DNA of 64,000 nucleotides. Origin: Geosiphon pyriformis uo1 (Eukaryota > Fungi > Glomeromycota). The stretch lies in assembly GCA_016748015.1 (NCBI GenBank), contig JAAOMT010000219.1, positions 176,436-240,435 of the forward strand, given 5' to 3'. A model generated the notes under the pieces. That model made no database searches, was not told the origin of the DNA, and worked only from the letters and a program-made list of their open reading frames with translations. Positions within the stretch are counted from its first letter, which is position 1; the number at the start of each line of letters is the position of its first letter. The translations under genes were made by a program, and so were the position numbers. Below are positions 1 through 12,796 of the stretch, piece after piece.

Positions 1-1366
1 TAATTAATATTTTTCAATTAAATGACAATAACATGAATTTAAATGATAATAAATATTTTTATTAATATGTGATTTGATTCTACTTCAAGTTATAGAAAAC
101 TATCTTTTAAAGAAAAAAATATTAATTAATTAATTAATTATTGGTATCAATTTTGTTTTTTTTGCTTTTAACACTCTTATTATATATATATAATTCTTGT
201 TATATAAAATTTCACATTTTCTTAAGCAATATGTCCTATTTTCTTAAGTAATATGTTCTATTTTCTTTGACAATGCTTTTATTACTCAACAGTGTGTTTT
301 AATTTACTAGTAATATGTTATAGTTTTTTGATATTGTGTTTACTTGCTAAGTACTATTTTTTTATTGGTCTATTTTTCCTATCTGTTTTTCTTATTTTTT
401 TTTTTGTACTTTTTCTATAAGTAATAATAGTTCCAAAATACATTTTTAGAATATTTTTATAATTTTAGTACTATTATTAAACTTCAAAACAAATTCCGTA
501 CTATTAAACAACAGCTTAATAAAACAATAACTAAATATTTTGGTAGATTTAATTATGTTTTATAACAAATTAAAACTATAAAAAACAACTATTACACAGC
601 TCTCCAGATTTTCAATCAGTTTGTAAGAGGATTAAAAAATAGTATCTTAAAATAAGTAAGATAACAACATTTGGAAAATCTACTTTGAGCTGTTATATTA
701 ATCTAAAATATTAAGTTAACCAAAAAAAAAGTTAATCACAATAAAATAATTAACTTGGTAATAAACAATAATAAAATCAAAAAACTCAAAAACAAGATTA
801 CTTAAAGAGAAATTATTTAAAAACAAAAATCAGTTTTTTATTTTTATATTAGATTTATTTTTATTAACAAAATAATAATAATAAATTAATTAATTTAATA
901 TTTAATATTATTGTTTATAATCAAATTAAAATTTATTAATAATGCAAAACCAGTAAAAAAATTAATATTAAACAAAAAACTTAAAGCTTTATTTATTAAA
1001 AAAAACAGATTTTAAAAAAATTTCAAGTTTTTAAAACATAAAACTGGTTTAAATTTCTAATTATCTAAAAAACAATTGTAATTATATTTAATATAATATT
1101 ATGATACCACTTTGATTAAAAAAGACCAACTAAAAAAGCTTGTTTTTTATACTTTTAAATTAATAAATATACAGATTATTAAAGTTTAATATTAAGTATT
1201 TATATAAAATAATTATACACATATTTTCATTTGGTTGCATAATGGTAAAATGAGAAAAAGGGTTAACGTTCACGACATATTTTTCTTCAAGAGCAATTCC
1301 AGCTGTTGCGCATAAAATCAACGAAGATGATACAGTAGTAACATCATTGCCATTACTGTTATGGGG

Positions 1367-4300
1367 TTAGTTATCCCCCTTGGGCGTTCTGGATTTCTTT
1401 GCCTTGTGTGGAGTGTCAATCGTCTTTTCTGCCTTGAAAAGATTTGGGGGAGGCGTTTCAGCAGTTTCGCAAAGTCGGCCTATCTTATATGTCAAATCGT
1501 TTATCAACCTCTGGAAAATTAACTGTTAATTAATCAAGTATTTAAAGTTCTCAGCAAAAATATTACCCACCCGCAGATCCTAAGCCAATTGGAGGGCTAC
1601 CCTCAAGTTGCGAAAAGACGTGAAAGTCAAGGAAAGAGAAAGAGTCCTGAGGAGGCGGAAATAGTACACATCCTGCCTTTCCATCACGTAAATCCTAACA
1701 TCAGCCAAATATATCTAAGAGAAATCAAAATGCATGATCATTTCCATATCAAAGTTCAAATCAATCTCGTGTAAAAATTTGTTGATTATACCTGAATTCC
1801 TATAACATAAAGGCCAATGGTGTCAACTTGAGCAATATGAAACTTGTGATGTAACGCGTCCAACATATCTTTCATCATTCGCTGCAGTTGGAATTCATCG
1901 GCCACAAGCTTCGTGATGTCGGCATTGTACGGCCCGCCACAGGCCAGCAAGCACAATTCCTGATTTTCATACATACACAGTAAGTCAGCCAGGTGGGCAC
2001 GCAACGCGGTTGCTGTTAATACGTCTTCATCCTGGTTGCGACGAACCTGTGTCTCGTGAATCGAAATTTCTCTCCTGAAACACAACCAACTATAAAGAAA
2101 GTTTTTTAATTTGGAAATCAGGTATATAATTTAAAGCAACTTATCATCGAACGCGGCACAATCCATTGAGTTTCAAAGCACCTTGCAACAATGGGACAAT
2201 GTAATCGCCCATCCACTCCGTTTCATCACACTGGGATTCTAGCGGGTTTTTGACCACTTTGAACGCATAATGACTATGAAGTAGGAGAGAGGTAGTTCCA
2301 AAAGGATGATAAGCGAACTTATTTTTGAGAATTTCAGTTAGTAACTAATTAATTCAGAGTTGATTGTGATTAAATTCTTGGATTTGCTGGATTAATGATT
2401 CGAAATTGAGTCTTTTATTCTGTTGATTATACTCAATCTTCTTTTTTTCGCATTCGTGAGTTATCAACAAATAATCGTCTATATAAAAAAAATAGCTCAC
2501 AATTGGCCGATGGCACGTCCAGCCCACCATAAAATCTTTTCCCATTGATCCTCACTGTAAGAGAATCCATTATCGTGCGGGGGAGCAGGAAGATTATGCA
2601 ATTCCTTCCACCTTCGTCGAGCCAACGTTAAGGTTAATGTTGCTCTCTTAATTTGTAAAATTTAGAATTAGTACTGTAAACTGGAAACATTGGATAATAT
2701 TTGTTCTCACCTGAATGCCGATGGGTCCAAAGAGCTTATTGACTTGTTGAATCTCATGAAAGTATCTCGATGCCCCTGTGCGTCTGTTGGCTAAAATCTT
2801 AGCCCATTGATAAGAAGTGAATTCCTTAATAATTTTAGATGTGGGAGTCAAGTCTAAGATGTAGCTGCGAGCCGGACTGAGTGAGAGATAGGAAAAAAGA
2901 AAAAGTGAAGATCAGACTAATATTCACGAGACATCCCATAAAATTGCTTCTATTTTACTCACTCGAATTTAGATGTTGTTCGCTTTGCACAATATTTCTC
3001 AAGGACAGATCCTATACTTGACGATGATGCTGATATTGGCACAGAAATTATATCTTCCTCATCGTCATCATAGCGACCAACCGTTTTTTTTTGCTGACTT
3101 TCACTTTATCATCCTCTTCTTCGCTAATATTCGCGTCAATCGACGTTCAATCACCGTCAATGTTGGAGATTTTTCACCAGAATGGTTAGAATGCGAATGG
3201 TGCTTGCCAACCTCGAGACTTGTCTAGATAGCGATTATAAACATCTCCTGGCCTTTAAGAGTTTGTTGCTGTTTCTGCCACCATACGGGAATTTGTTCAA
3301 GGATTTTATCCCTGAGATTTAAAAAGTATAAAAGATGAAAAAATGGTCAGTGTTATAGCAATTACAGTGTGAGGTCGGTTACAACTTAGCCAAATGTCCA
3401 AGACAGCTGCTTCATACCGGATTGGCCATATCTCTTAAGCCCACGGGTAAAAAGAGACTGCCTACCATATCAGTGTGACATTCTCGATTAACCCACGGAC
3501 AAAAGAGACTGTGTGGCTGCTCGATTAGCCCACGGAGAAAAGAGACTGCCTGCCATATCAGTGTGACATTCTCGATTAACCCACGGACAAAAAGAGACTG
3601 TGGTTGCTCGATTAGCCCACGGACAAAAAGAGACTGCCTGCCATATCAGTGTGACATTCTCGATTAACCCACGGACAAAAAGAGACTGTGTGGTTGCTCG
3701 ATTAGCCCACGGAGAAAAGAGACTGCCTGCCATATCAGTGTGACATTCTCGATTTACCCACGGACAAAGAGACTGTGTGGTTGCTCGATTTGCCCACGGG
3801 TAAAAAGAGAATGACTGCCATATCAGTGTGAAATTCTCGATTTACCCACGGACAAAAGAGACTGTGTGGTTGCTCGATTAGCCCACGGACAAAAAGAGAC
3901 TGCCTGCCATATCAGTGTGACATTCTCGATTAACCAACGGACAAAAGAGACTGTGTAGTTGCTCGATTAGCCCACGGACAAAAAGAGACTGCCTGCCATA
4001 TAAGTGTGACATTCTCGATTAACCCACGGACAAAAGAGACTGTGTGGCTGCTCGATTAGCCCACGGAGAAGAGACTGCCTGCCATATCAGTGTGACATTC
4101 TCGATTAACCCACGGACAAAAAGAGACTGTGTGGTTGCTCGATTTGCCCACGGGTAAAAAGAGAATGACTGCCATATCAGTGTGACATATCTCGATTAAC
4201 CCACGAACAAAAAGAGACTGTGTGGTTGCTCGATTAGCCCACGGAGAAGAGACTGCCTGCCATATCAGTGTGACATTCTCGATTAACCCACGGACAAAAA

Positions 4301-6449
4301 GAGACTGTGTGGTTGCTCGATTTGCCCACGGACAAAAAGAGACTGTGGTTGCTCGATTAGCCCACGGAGAAAAGAGACTGCCCGCCATATCAGTGTGACA
4401 TTCTCGATTAACCCACGGACAAAAAGACTGTGTGGTTGCTCGATTTGCCCACGGACAAAAAGAGACTGCCTGCCATATCAGTGTGACATTCTCGATTAAC
4501 CCACGGACAAAAGAGACTGTGTGGTTGCTCGATTAGCCCACGGACAAAAAGAGACTGCCTGCCATATCAGTGTGACATTCTCGATTAACCAACGGACAAA
4601 AGAGACTGTGTAGTTGCTCGATTAGCCCACGGACAAAAAGAGACTGCCTGCCATATAAGTGTGACATTCTCGATTAACCCACGGACAAAAGAGACTGTGT
4701 GGCTGCTCGATTAGCCCACGGAGAAAAGAGACTGCCTGCCATATCAGTGTGACATTCTCGATTAACCAACGGACAAAAGAGACTGTGTAGTTGCTCGATT
4801 AGCCCACGGACAAAAAGAGNNNNNNNNNNNNNNNNNNNNNNNNNNNNNNNNNNNNNNNNNNNNNNNNNNNNNNNNNNNNNNNNNNNNNNNNNNNNNNNNN
4901 NNNNNNNNNNNNNNNNNNNNNNNNNNNNNNNNNNNNNNNNNNNNNNNNNNNNNNNNNNNNNNNNNNNNNNNNNNNNNNNNNNNNNNNNNNNNNNNNNNNN
5001 NNNNNNNNNNNNNNNNNNNNNNNNNNNNNNNNNNNNNNNNNNNNNNNNNNNNNNNNNNNNNNNNNNNNNNNNNNNNNNNNNNNNNNNNNNNNNNNNNNNN
5101 NNNNNNNNNNNNNNNNNNNNNNNNNNNNNATTTGCCCACGGGTAAAAAGAGAATGACTGCCATATCAGTGTGAAATTCTCGATTTACCCACGGACAAAGA
5201 GACTGTGTGGTTGCTCGATTTGCCCGCGGGTAAAAAGAGAATGACTGCCATATCAGTGTGAAATTCTCGATTTACCCACGGACAAAGAGACTGTGTGGTT
5301 GCTCGATTTGCCCACGGGTAAAAAGAGAATGACTGCCATATCAGTGTGAAATTCTCGATTTACCCACGGACAAAGAGACTGTGTGGTTGCTCGATTTGCC
5401 CGCGGGTAAAAAGAGAATGACTGCCATATCAGTGTGAAATTCTCGATTTACCCACGGACAAAGAGACTGTGTGGTTGCTCGATTAGCCCACGGGAAAAGA
5501 GACTGCCTGCCATATCAGTGTGACATTCTCGATTAACCCACGGACAAAAAGAGACTGTGTGGTTGCTCGATTTGCCCACGGGTAAAAAGAGAATGACTGC
5601 CATATCAGTGTGAAATTCTCGATTTACCCACGGACAAAGAGACTGTGTGGTTGCTCGATTAGCCCACGGAGAAGAGACTGCCTGCCATATCAGTGTGACA
5701 TTCTCGATTAACCAACGGACAAAAGAGACTGTGTAGTTGCTCGATTAGCCCACGGACAAAAAGAGACTGCCTGCCATATCAGTGTGACATTCTCGATTAA
5801 CCCACGGACAAAAGAGACTGTGTGGTTGCTCGATTAGCCCACGGACAAAAAGAGACTGCCTGCCATATCAGTGTGACATTCTCGATTAACCCACGGACAA
5901 AAGAGACTGTGGTTGCTCGATTAGCCAAACGTCCAAGACAGCCGCTCCATAATGGATTGGCCGTATCTCGAATAGTCCACGGACAAAAGTGACTGCCTGC
6001 CATATCAGTGTGACATATCTCGATTAGCCCACGGACAAAAGAGACTTTGTGGTCGATTAGTTAAATGTCCAAGACAACCGTTCCATAACGGATTGGCTAT
6101 ATCTCTTAAGCCAATGGGCCCATGGGCAAATGAGACTCCCCTGCCATAACGGTGTGGTCGGGTGCAGCTTTCACTTACCCGCTTTTTATTAAGTTAAATC
6201 GCCAAATTTACTTGTCTTAAAGACTCGTGGGTATTGTCATTGTCACTCTTACATCGAGAGATGACCATCTTTCCTTAATTATTAACACATTGTCAACAAA
6301 AATGTTTTCCTTTTCCTTTAGCTATGACAAAAAGTCACTTTCACTCCATTCTTCCGGCTTCTTCTCCGCAAAATAATCTGATCAGAATGCGAATCAACAA
6401 GGTAAGATAGTTACCTCAAGCTACAAAAATATTCCTTTGAGGACGACAT
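1367..6449 (-). pseudogene. Decayed multi-exon gene of unknown function; C-terminal region loosely resembles PD-(D/E)xK-like / Crinkler REase-type domains
   Basis: Hand-spliced GT-AG exons read DYFAEKKPEEWSESDFLS*, DKILEQIPVWWQKQ, FDPARSYILDLTPTSKIIKEF, ADLLCMYENQELCLLACGGP..TKLVADEFQLQRMMKDMLD, GIQ|IYLADVRIYVME..LQLA*DLR|RLINDL..TPKGDN* (stop 1367-1369). In-frame TAG stops (e.g. 1580-1582) and frameshifts are present. The 5' start (ATG 6449) and the family assignment are uncertain. Confidence 0.6.
3385..6160. repeat. ~89-bp tandem satellite with a dimeric unit, intronic; contains an assembly gap at 4820-5129
   Basis: Unit GCCATATCAGTGTGACATTCTCGATTAACCCACGGACAAAAGAGACTGTGTGGTTGCTCGATTAGCCCACGGACAAAAAGAGACTGCCT repeats throughout, with two CTCGATTARCCCACGGACAAAA(A)GAGACTG cores per unit. 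Confidence 0.97.
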
Positions 6450-6707
6450 TGTGAAAAGCGTGTTGTGAATGAAAAGCGTGTTGTGAATGAAAAGCGCATT
6501 GTGAATGAAAAGCGTATTGTGAATGAAAAGCGTGTTGTGAATGAAAAGCGTGTTGTGAATGAAAAGCGTGTTGTGAATGAAAAGCGTGTTGTGAATGAAA
6601 AGCGTGTTGTGAATGAAAAGCGTGTTGTGAATGAAAAGCGTGTTGTGAATGAAAAGCGTGTTGTGAATGAAAAGCGTGTTGTGAATGAAAAGCGTGTTGT
6701 GAATGAA
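6449..6707. repeat. 18-bp minisatellite (TTGTGAATGAAAAGCGTG)n, about 14 copies
   Basis: Near-perfect tandem copies; they explain the repetitive ORFs VVNEKR/FSFTTR/HSQHAF. Confidence 0.97.
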
Positions 6708-7190
6708 AAAAAATACATCTCAAAGCTGATGATCATTTTGTTTACGTTGATTACTGTCATGTGATTTTCAATACTATCACTATAATTCAAGAATTTAAAT
6801 TATAAATATGTTTGAAGTTTTCATTTCTTTTAATAATTTAGATAGTTGATGGAAATAACCCATTTCATAGATTGTACAGAAGTAAGCCGTTTAAAAACCT
6901 GATTCCTTTAATTTGTGACATCTCAGTCATTTATTTACAAAAATCCTTTCACGGCTATAATAATGTTTGGTGATGCCTTTAAAAATTAATCAACCACAAC
7001 ATTATCAATTACATATTGCAATTTTGAAATCATCGAAAAAGCCTCCTAAAAATATAATGATATTGCCTTGTTAATTAAGAACATTCGTACTGACGATTTC
7101 ACCATAGATTTTTTATAGGTCAACCAATTTAATGATCAAGTTAAAAAGGACAATATTTGATATTAGAAAGGAACAAATTTTTTTATATAT

Positions 7191-10100
7191 TTATCCTTTA
7201 TTAATCGATGAAGAATGTGCCATGTTAGTCCACCCTTCGACAACGCGTTGAATTCTAGCGCTTTTGTGCTTTGCTTTTATACGTATGGAGCTACCATCTC
7301 CCCTACCAATACGATGAAAAAAGGTGACAAGGTTTGATTGAGATCGCGAGGAAGCCTCAGCCTTATTAAAATAATCAAATTGACAAGCGTGATTAGGATG
7401 ATGACAAAAGATATCTAGCGAAAAGCAATAAAAGTAAAAACTTACATCCTTCTGATTCATTTTCTGTATTATTGGTATTAAAGTAGTGTCAACTTTTTCT
7501 TGCGACCACGACAAACTTTCCATAAGAAATCTGTAGTTATAAAGTTGAGTTGAAATTTAGATCAATCGCCAACTCCCATCTAAATTCTACCACTTCACTT
7601 TAAGTTATACTGACTCCCGCAGCGCGTCCAGATCAGGGACTCCCCATTCAAATTGGATATTTGAATCATCTACTTCGGGATGATAATATGCGGCTCGCAC
7701 ACGCTCACTCGGGAAGGTCTCGGAGAGCACAAGATCTTTTCTGCTTTTTTTCTAAAAACAAATAGATATTGATGCAACAAATAGATATTGATGCGACAAA
7801 TAATAAAACCAATAAAAGAATCAAAACATATTTAAACTCACAAAATTGTCCCGAAACCTATCTTGCTTGTAATCACACGCATCATTGCCATTTTGAACAT
7901 CTTTCCACCATGTTTTAAACTCTTTCAGGCCGTTTATACCTGGAAACCCGTTGAGAATCTCCATTGCTGTGACGATTCCAATTCCGGGTATACCTTCGGT
8001 GTAATCGCTACCCAACAAAAGAGATAACTGAATTAATTTTTCTCGATTCAAGTGCATTTCACGTTCCAGATCCTCAGCAAGGAAACATTCCACGAATTTT
8101 TGTTGGTTAAACATATTTTTATAAACGCAAGTGCCACCGAAAAGGAAAACATCACTGTCATCGGTAACAATGCCATCTACTAAAGATAAACGACATAGTT
8201 CAGCACATTGTGCTTCAGCCTCCATTGGAGCAACAATGTATGGAATGCCAAAGAGTGTCAAAAGACGCTGTGTAATAAACTTTTAAATAAGAAATTTACG
8301 AACCATTTTCAAAGTTTTAAGCTTATCTTTAGATTTATTTCTTACCTGGCAATCTTCAATCATAGTCTCAATTATTTCATCAGCATCACGCTTATTCTGT
8401 CGTTGTTTTTGGTTTAATTGATTTATCTCTTGATCTAGCTCTCGACGAATTTCTTTTACATCTTTGTGTTGTATCTCCGACAAAAAGTGTGCAAATTCGA
8501 TATTCTCGTCGATCATTTCCTTCGAAGCATCTTCCACATTTTTCTCTCCGCTATTTTCAGATTCATCAGATGACTCTATAGTTTCTTCAGGTAGCACATC
8601 TCCAATTTCAACATTTAATGAGGGTATCCAAGTATAACCCGGTGGGGAATTAACTCTCTTCAAATCGAGTAATGAACCAGGTGCCAAATCGACTATCTGA
8701 GAATTAAGTGAGCTCTCAGGGAATAAGTTAGCTGTCTGAGCAGCATCGAATAATACTTTGGGTGTTAAATCCATAGTTCTCTTCGAATCGAGGAACATCT
8801 CGGGCGTCAAATCACACTCCTCTGAACCGAGAAATGTTACGGGGGCCAAATCGACTGCCTCGGTAAAAGGCAATATCTCAGGTGACAACTCTTTTTTACC
8901 TTCTACATTTGAAATCAATTTGGGAGATGGACTATTGGGTAGTTGAATATTGTTGGTTAGCATTGGGATTTAGCGTTTTTGGCATAATTTCTAACTTACG
9001 GAAGTATCTGAATTTCTTCCCAATCACTTTCTTCGTTCTCTTCAGGGTATTTGATGATTTTCTGGCCTGAGCTTAATGGCTTTGCTGTTTCAGGATGAAA
9101 ATTGAATTCCGATTCATCAAGTTGTCTGCCGAATTTTGCGAAATTCTCTTTAATTTAAACTGAATATTAAAAGACATGATATTCTTTTACTAACACAGAG
9201 GGCTCAACTTCATAGCTGGAATCGCCCGCTTTATCAGAATCCGAGCTTGAATCCGCGACTAAAGTTTCTAAGGATAGTTTCAACTTTTTTGGTGGTTCAG
9301 CTTGTTTTTGAGAAACACCACCGATCGTCCAGCCGGTCATATTCTTGTCATTTTTTATGAGAACATACTCCCGATTTCGTTCGGAAGCGATCCGAACTGG
9401 AGTCGGAGCGGTCATATTACCTTCCTCTGATGTCACATCAAGAAGCTTTTGGGTTAAGTTATTACGAAGTAAAAGATTTTGAATCTGAAACTGGGAAAAA
9501 TCATTAGCATTGTAAACTTGAAATGTCAAGGAAAAGATGTTTGAGAGACTATTAAGGCAATTCAAGATTCTTGAAATCATTCTAATTGACTGAAGGATAT
9601 TGTCGACTTTTTTTGCATTTCTAGGAACGTCAACTTAGATGCCTGACGACTCTTCATTCTCATTTCACCTATGATTTCGTATTGGGTTTCGAGTGGGAGA
9701 CTTCGAAAGGCTTCAGAGTCGATATCGATATCTTCTGGCTAAGGGTTGAGAAAAATTTAAAAAGAGCAGTGAGATATAATTTTCGCTATCCTATCTTTGA
9801 CTTTAACATGGCTCTCGGTAGAACAAAGGCATGATTGCAATGTAAATAATGAAGCAATCACAGGTCCCTCCTACTGATGATGCTGGTGTTATAGAACAAA
9901 GATCGGTACTATGGCACGGATAAAACGTAGAGAAACGGTTTCCGACCTGATAAAGGTCGTCGTAATTAGTTTTCTAGCCCCTTTTTTGTGATAATTCTGA
10001 TGATTAAGGCAAAGGTACACACAGATCTCTACATAGTAGCTGTACGACAATAAATAATACTAAAGGAAGCTCCGTATTTAACCTTAAATTCTTTAATAAA

Positions 10101-10999
10101 AGATCGAAGATCCTCCTCATTGGCAAATCTGAAATCGTCCTTTTTAACCATCGCTCTTTGTGAATAACAGAGAGATGAATTAAAAACTGAAAATTTAATG
10201 AGGAAAAAAATGACTAGTCTTACCCCACGCCACCCTCAATTGGAGGTAGCTCGTATTCATCACGTTTTCTACGTCCATGTATTTCTTGAGCAGTTAATTT
10301 GAGTTCATCAAAGTAGACAGTATCGTCAGTGATAATGGGTTGTTTTGGTACACAATCAATTTCGTTCAAGGAACTGTTACAATCACAATCAATGATAACG
10401 TCAAAAAGTTTTTACTACTGCCAAATCTCGTGAATCACCCAGATTTAAGTATTTAAATATTGAAATATTTCCCTTTTTGGATCCGTTTCCTTGATAGCTC
10501 TAAGTCGCATTTGCATAGCTAGAATCTTTTGGGCGGTTTTTTTGAGATTCTTGGCATTTTGCTTGCGCCTGAGCTTTCTTTCTGCATGTAATAATTTTTT
10601 TCAATTAAAAGGATAGGTCTGGACGTAAACCAAGAAAATAATGTAGCCCAAACCTACCCAGACAAGTCTGACGTTTCAAAGCAGGGACACCTCCGTCAAA
10701 CACAAAAACCGGCTTGATATGATAAAATAAGAGTTTGCATATGCGACGAAAAAATCCCAAAATGTGGGCATTTTTAAGCCCATTTCCTTCCTTGTCACGC
10801 ATAGCCTTGAGGAATTGGTGAAGCCAAATGCTCGCATGTACATAGAAAAAAGTTAAGGAGGTGGCTCTGCTATCAACTACTTCTAAAATCCAAATCAGTG
10901 AAAAAGGATATCTATAGCAAGCTCCTTGTTTCCTAAAGACTCCAGCTTTACAGGCCGTCCTACAGGCTCCAGTAAGGCCCAAAGCCCTTTGACTCCCAT
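7191..10999 (-). CDS. RAD2: XPG/Rad2 structure-specific endonuclease (nucleotide excision repair), multi-exon
   Basis: N-domain MGVKGLW..LAID|[35 protein letters not shown] and I-domain [51 protein letters not shown] at 10999, stop at 7191. Confidence 0.96.
9512..9600 (-). other. Second U12-type AT-AC intron of RAD2
   Basis: 5' splice site ATATCCTTC, branch point TTTTCCTTGAC, 3' end TAC. Removal (phase 0) joins ..EMQKKST|[13 protein letters not shown] and removes an in-frame TGA. Confidence 0.9.
10838..10911 (-). other. U12-type (minor spliceosome) AT-AC intron 1 of RAD2
   Basis: 5' splice site ATATCCTTTT, branch point TCCTTAAC, 3' end TAC. Removal restores the conserved LAID-ASIW (phase 1). 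Confidence 0.95.
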
Positions 11000-11192
11000 T
11001 TCGTTGAGCAGAGGTCAAAAGGGGAACTCGTGGTAAAGAAAAAGGGGAGGAAGTTGAGGAAATTTGTTTTATTATCCTAAAGCTGCATTTGGAACTAAGG
11101 TTAAGTAGGTAGTAACAAGTGTCATTGATCATCCATCTAGAATATATAAATTTCAAGATTTTACTAATTTTCTGCTATTCTACAGTTTCGCA

Positions 11193-12650
11193 ATGACCCA
11201 ACGACTGGAAAAACCGAAAGGAGGCTTCAATTTCGATAACTATCAGAGGTGTGGCAGCTTTCTATCGATTTTCTATATCCTCACTAACAAAAACCAATTA
11301 TTTTCTGATATGGTTTTGAAGGAATCTTTTTTTAGAGCAAAAAGGTCTATCACTACCGAAAGCCATCTCTACAGGCACCACAATTGTAGGAGTAATTTTC
11401 AAGGTATTTCTAGCAATCAAAAACCGGCTTTTTGCATGCCCAAATAGCATTCTTTGGTTGAGCAGACTAATTTTGAACACCTTTTAAAATACCTCTCGAT
11501 CTATTAATACATCCTTGAACGATGAGAATCAACTTGTTTCAAAGGCAAATCTGTGTTCGACCTCAGTCTTAGCCCTAAAGTCCAATTAGATTTAATCTTT
11601 CAACCGCTTTATTTCTTATAATATTCACCCACAAATTCTTGATCAATCTCCTGTTGATAATGTACATTCAGGATGGTATAGTACTGGGAGCCGATACACG
11701 TGCTACCGAAGACACAATTGTCGCCGAGAAGAATTGTAAAAAAATCCATTACCTGGCTCCCAATATGTATTGCTGTGGGGCAGGTAAATATTCAAATTCC
11801 ACAAAATTAAATACTGATAATACTTGATCATAAAATATTCTGGCTTAAATAAATAACTTGAACAAAAAAGGCACGGCGGCAGATACGGAATTTACTACTG
11901 CGCTGATAAGCTCGAAATTAGAGTTGCATCGGTTAAACACTGGCAGAGAGGCTAGGGTCACTACTGCCATGACATTCTTGAAGCAAATGTTGTTTAGGTA
12001 ACTTTCTTTTAACTGGTATAATTTTATGCTCTGACGTAGATTTAACAGTAACCCGAATCAGGTATCAAGGAAACGTTGGCGCAGCACTTATTCTCGGAGG
12101 CTTTGACGTGAATGGGCCTAGTTTATTCTTGATCCATCCACATGGAAGTACAGATAAAACACCATATGGAACAATGGGCAGCGGCTCATTGGCTGCCATG
12201 TCTGTCTTTGAGACACGATGGAGAAAGAATTTAGAGGTTGGTAATAGTTGCCAAAATGGAGTATGTGGTATGGAAGGAGAGGATTCGAGTTTTATATCTA
12301 TGGATCATATATTTTGTTAATTTAACAGAGGCAAGAAGCCATTGATCTGGTAAAAGACGCTGTAGAAGCTGGTATCTTTAATGATCTGGGCTCTGGGTCA
12401 AACGTGGATATTAATATCATTGAGAGGGGTAGATGTGAAATACTTAGAAATTATGCTAAACCAAACGAACGAGACGAAAAGCAAGCTTCTTATAAATACC
12501 CAAGAGGAACAACTAGTAAGTAAATCTAAATGTTCAAAACTTGATTTATAGAAAACTTATATTTCTACTTCCTTCTATGTAGGTATCCTCAAAGAGTCGA
12601 TCCGGAATCTTGTTTTAGTAACTGAAGGGGAGGCCATGGATATCTCTTAG
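11193..12650 (+). CDS. PUP1: 20S proteasome subunit beta-2 (PSMB7/Pup1), multi-exon
   Basis: Propeptide [10 protein letters not shown], catalytic G|[50 protein letters not shown]; GT-AG introns. Confidence 0.95.
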
Positions 12651-12796
12651 GCAATTCAGAATAAGTATGCAAATGTGTAAAAGTTTATCTTCAATTAATT
12701 TCAATTACAGTATATAACCTCATAATATCGACATAGATCTTTTCTTGTCTAAATAAACATTGAGGTTCATTAAATGATGATCTATATTTTAATTGT

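Noticed and set aside
3385-6160. CRISPR- or TIGR-like repeat-spacer array
   Set aside because: The sequences between the cores are themselves repeated rather than unique spacers, there are no cas-like genes, and the context is a eukaryotic intron.
3488-6790. ORFs such as MAGSLFSPWANRATT, (VVNEKR)n, (FSFTTR)n and (HSQHAF)n
   Set aside because: They are translations of tandem repeats.
9870-9995. U11 snRNA (AAAAAAGGGGCT on the minus strand) or C/D snoRNA (TGATGA..CTGA on the plus strand) in the long RAD2 intron
   Set aside because: No Sm site or U11 stems are visible; the C/D boxes are antisense to the host gene and no guide target is recognisable.
10605-11156. 183-aa ORF as the RAD2 N-terminus
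   Set aside because: It reads through the AT-AC intron in the wrong frame; the true start is ATG 10999.
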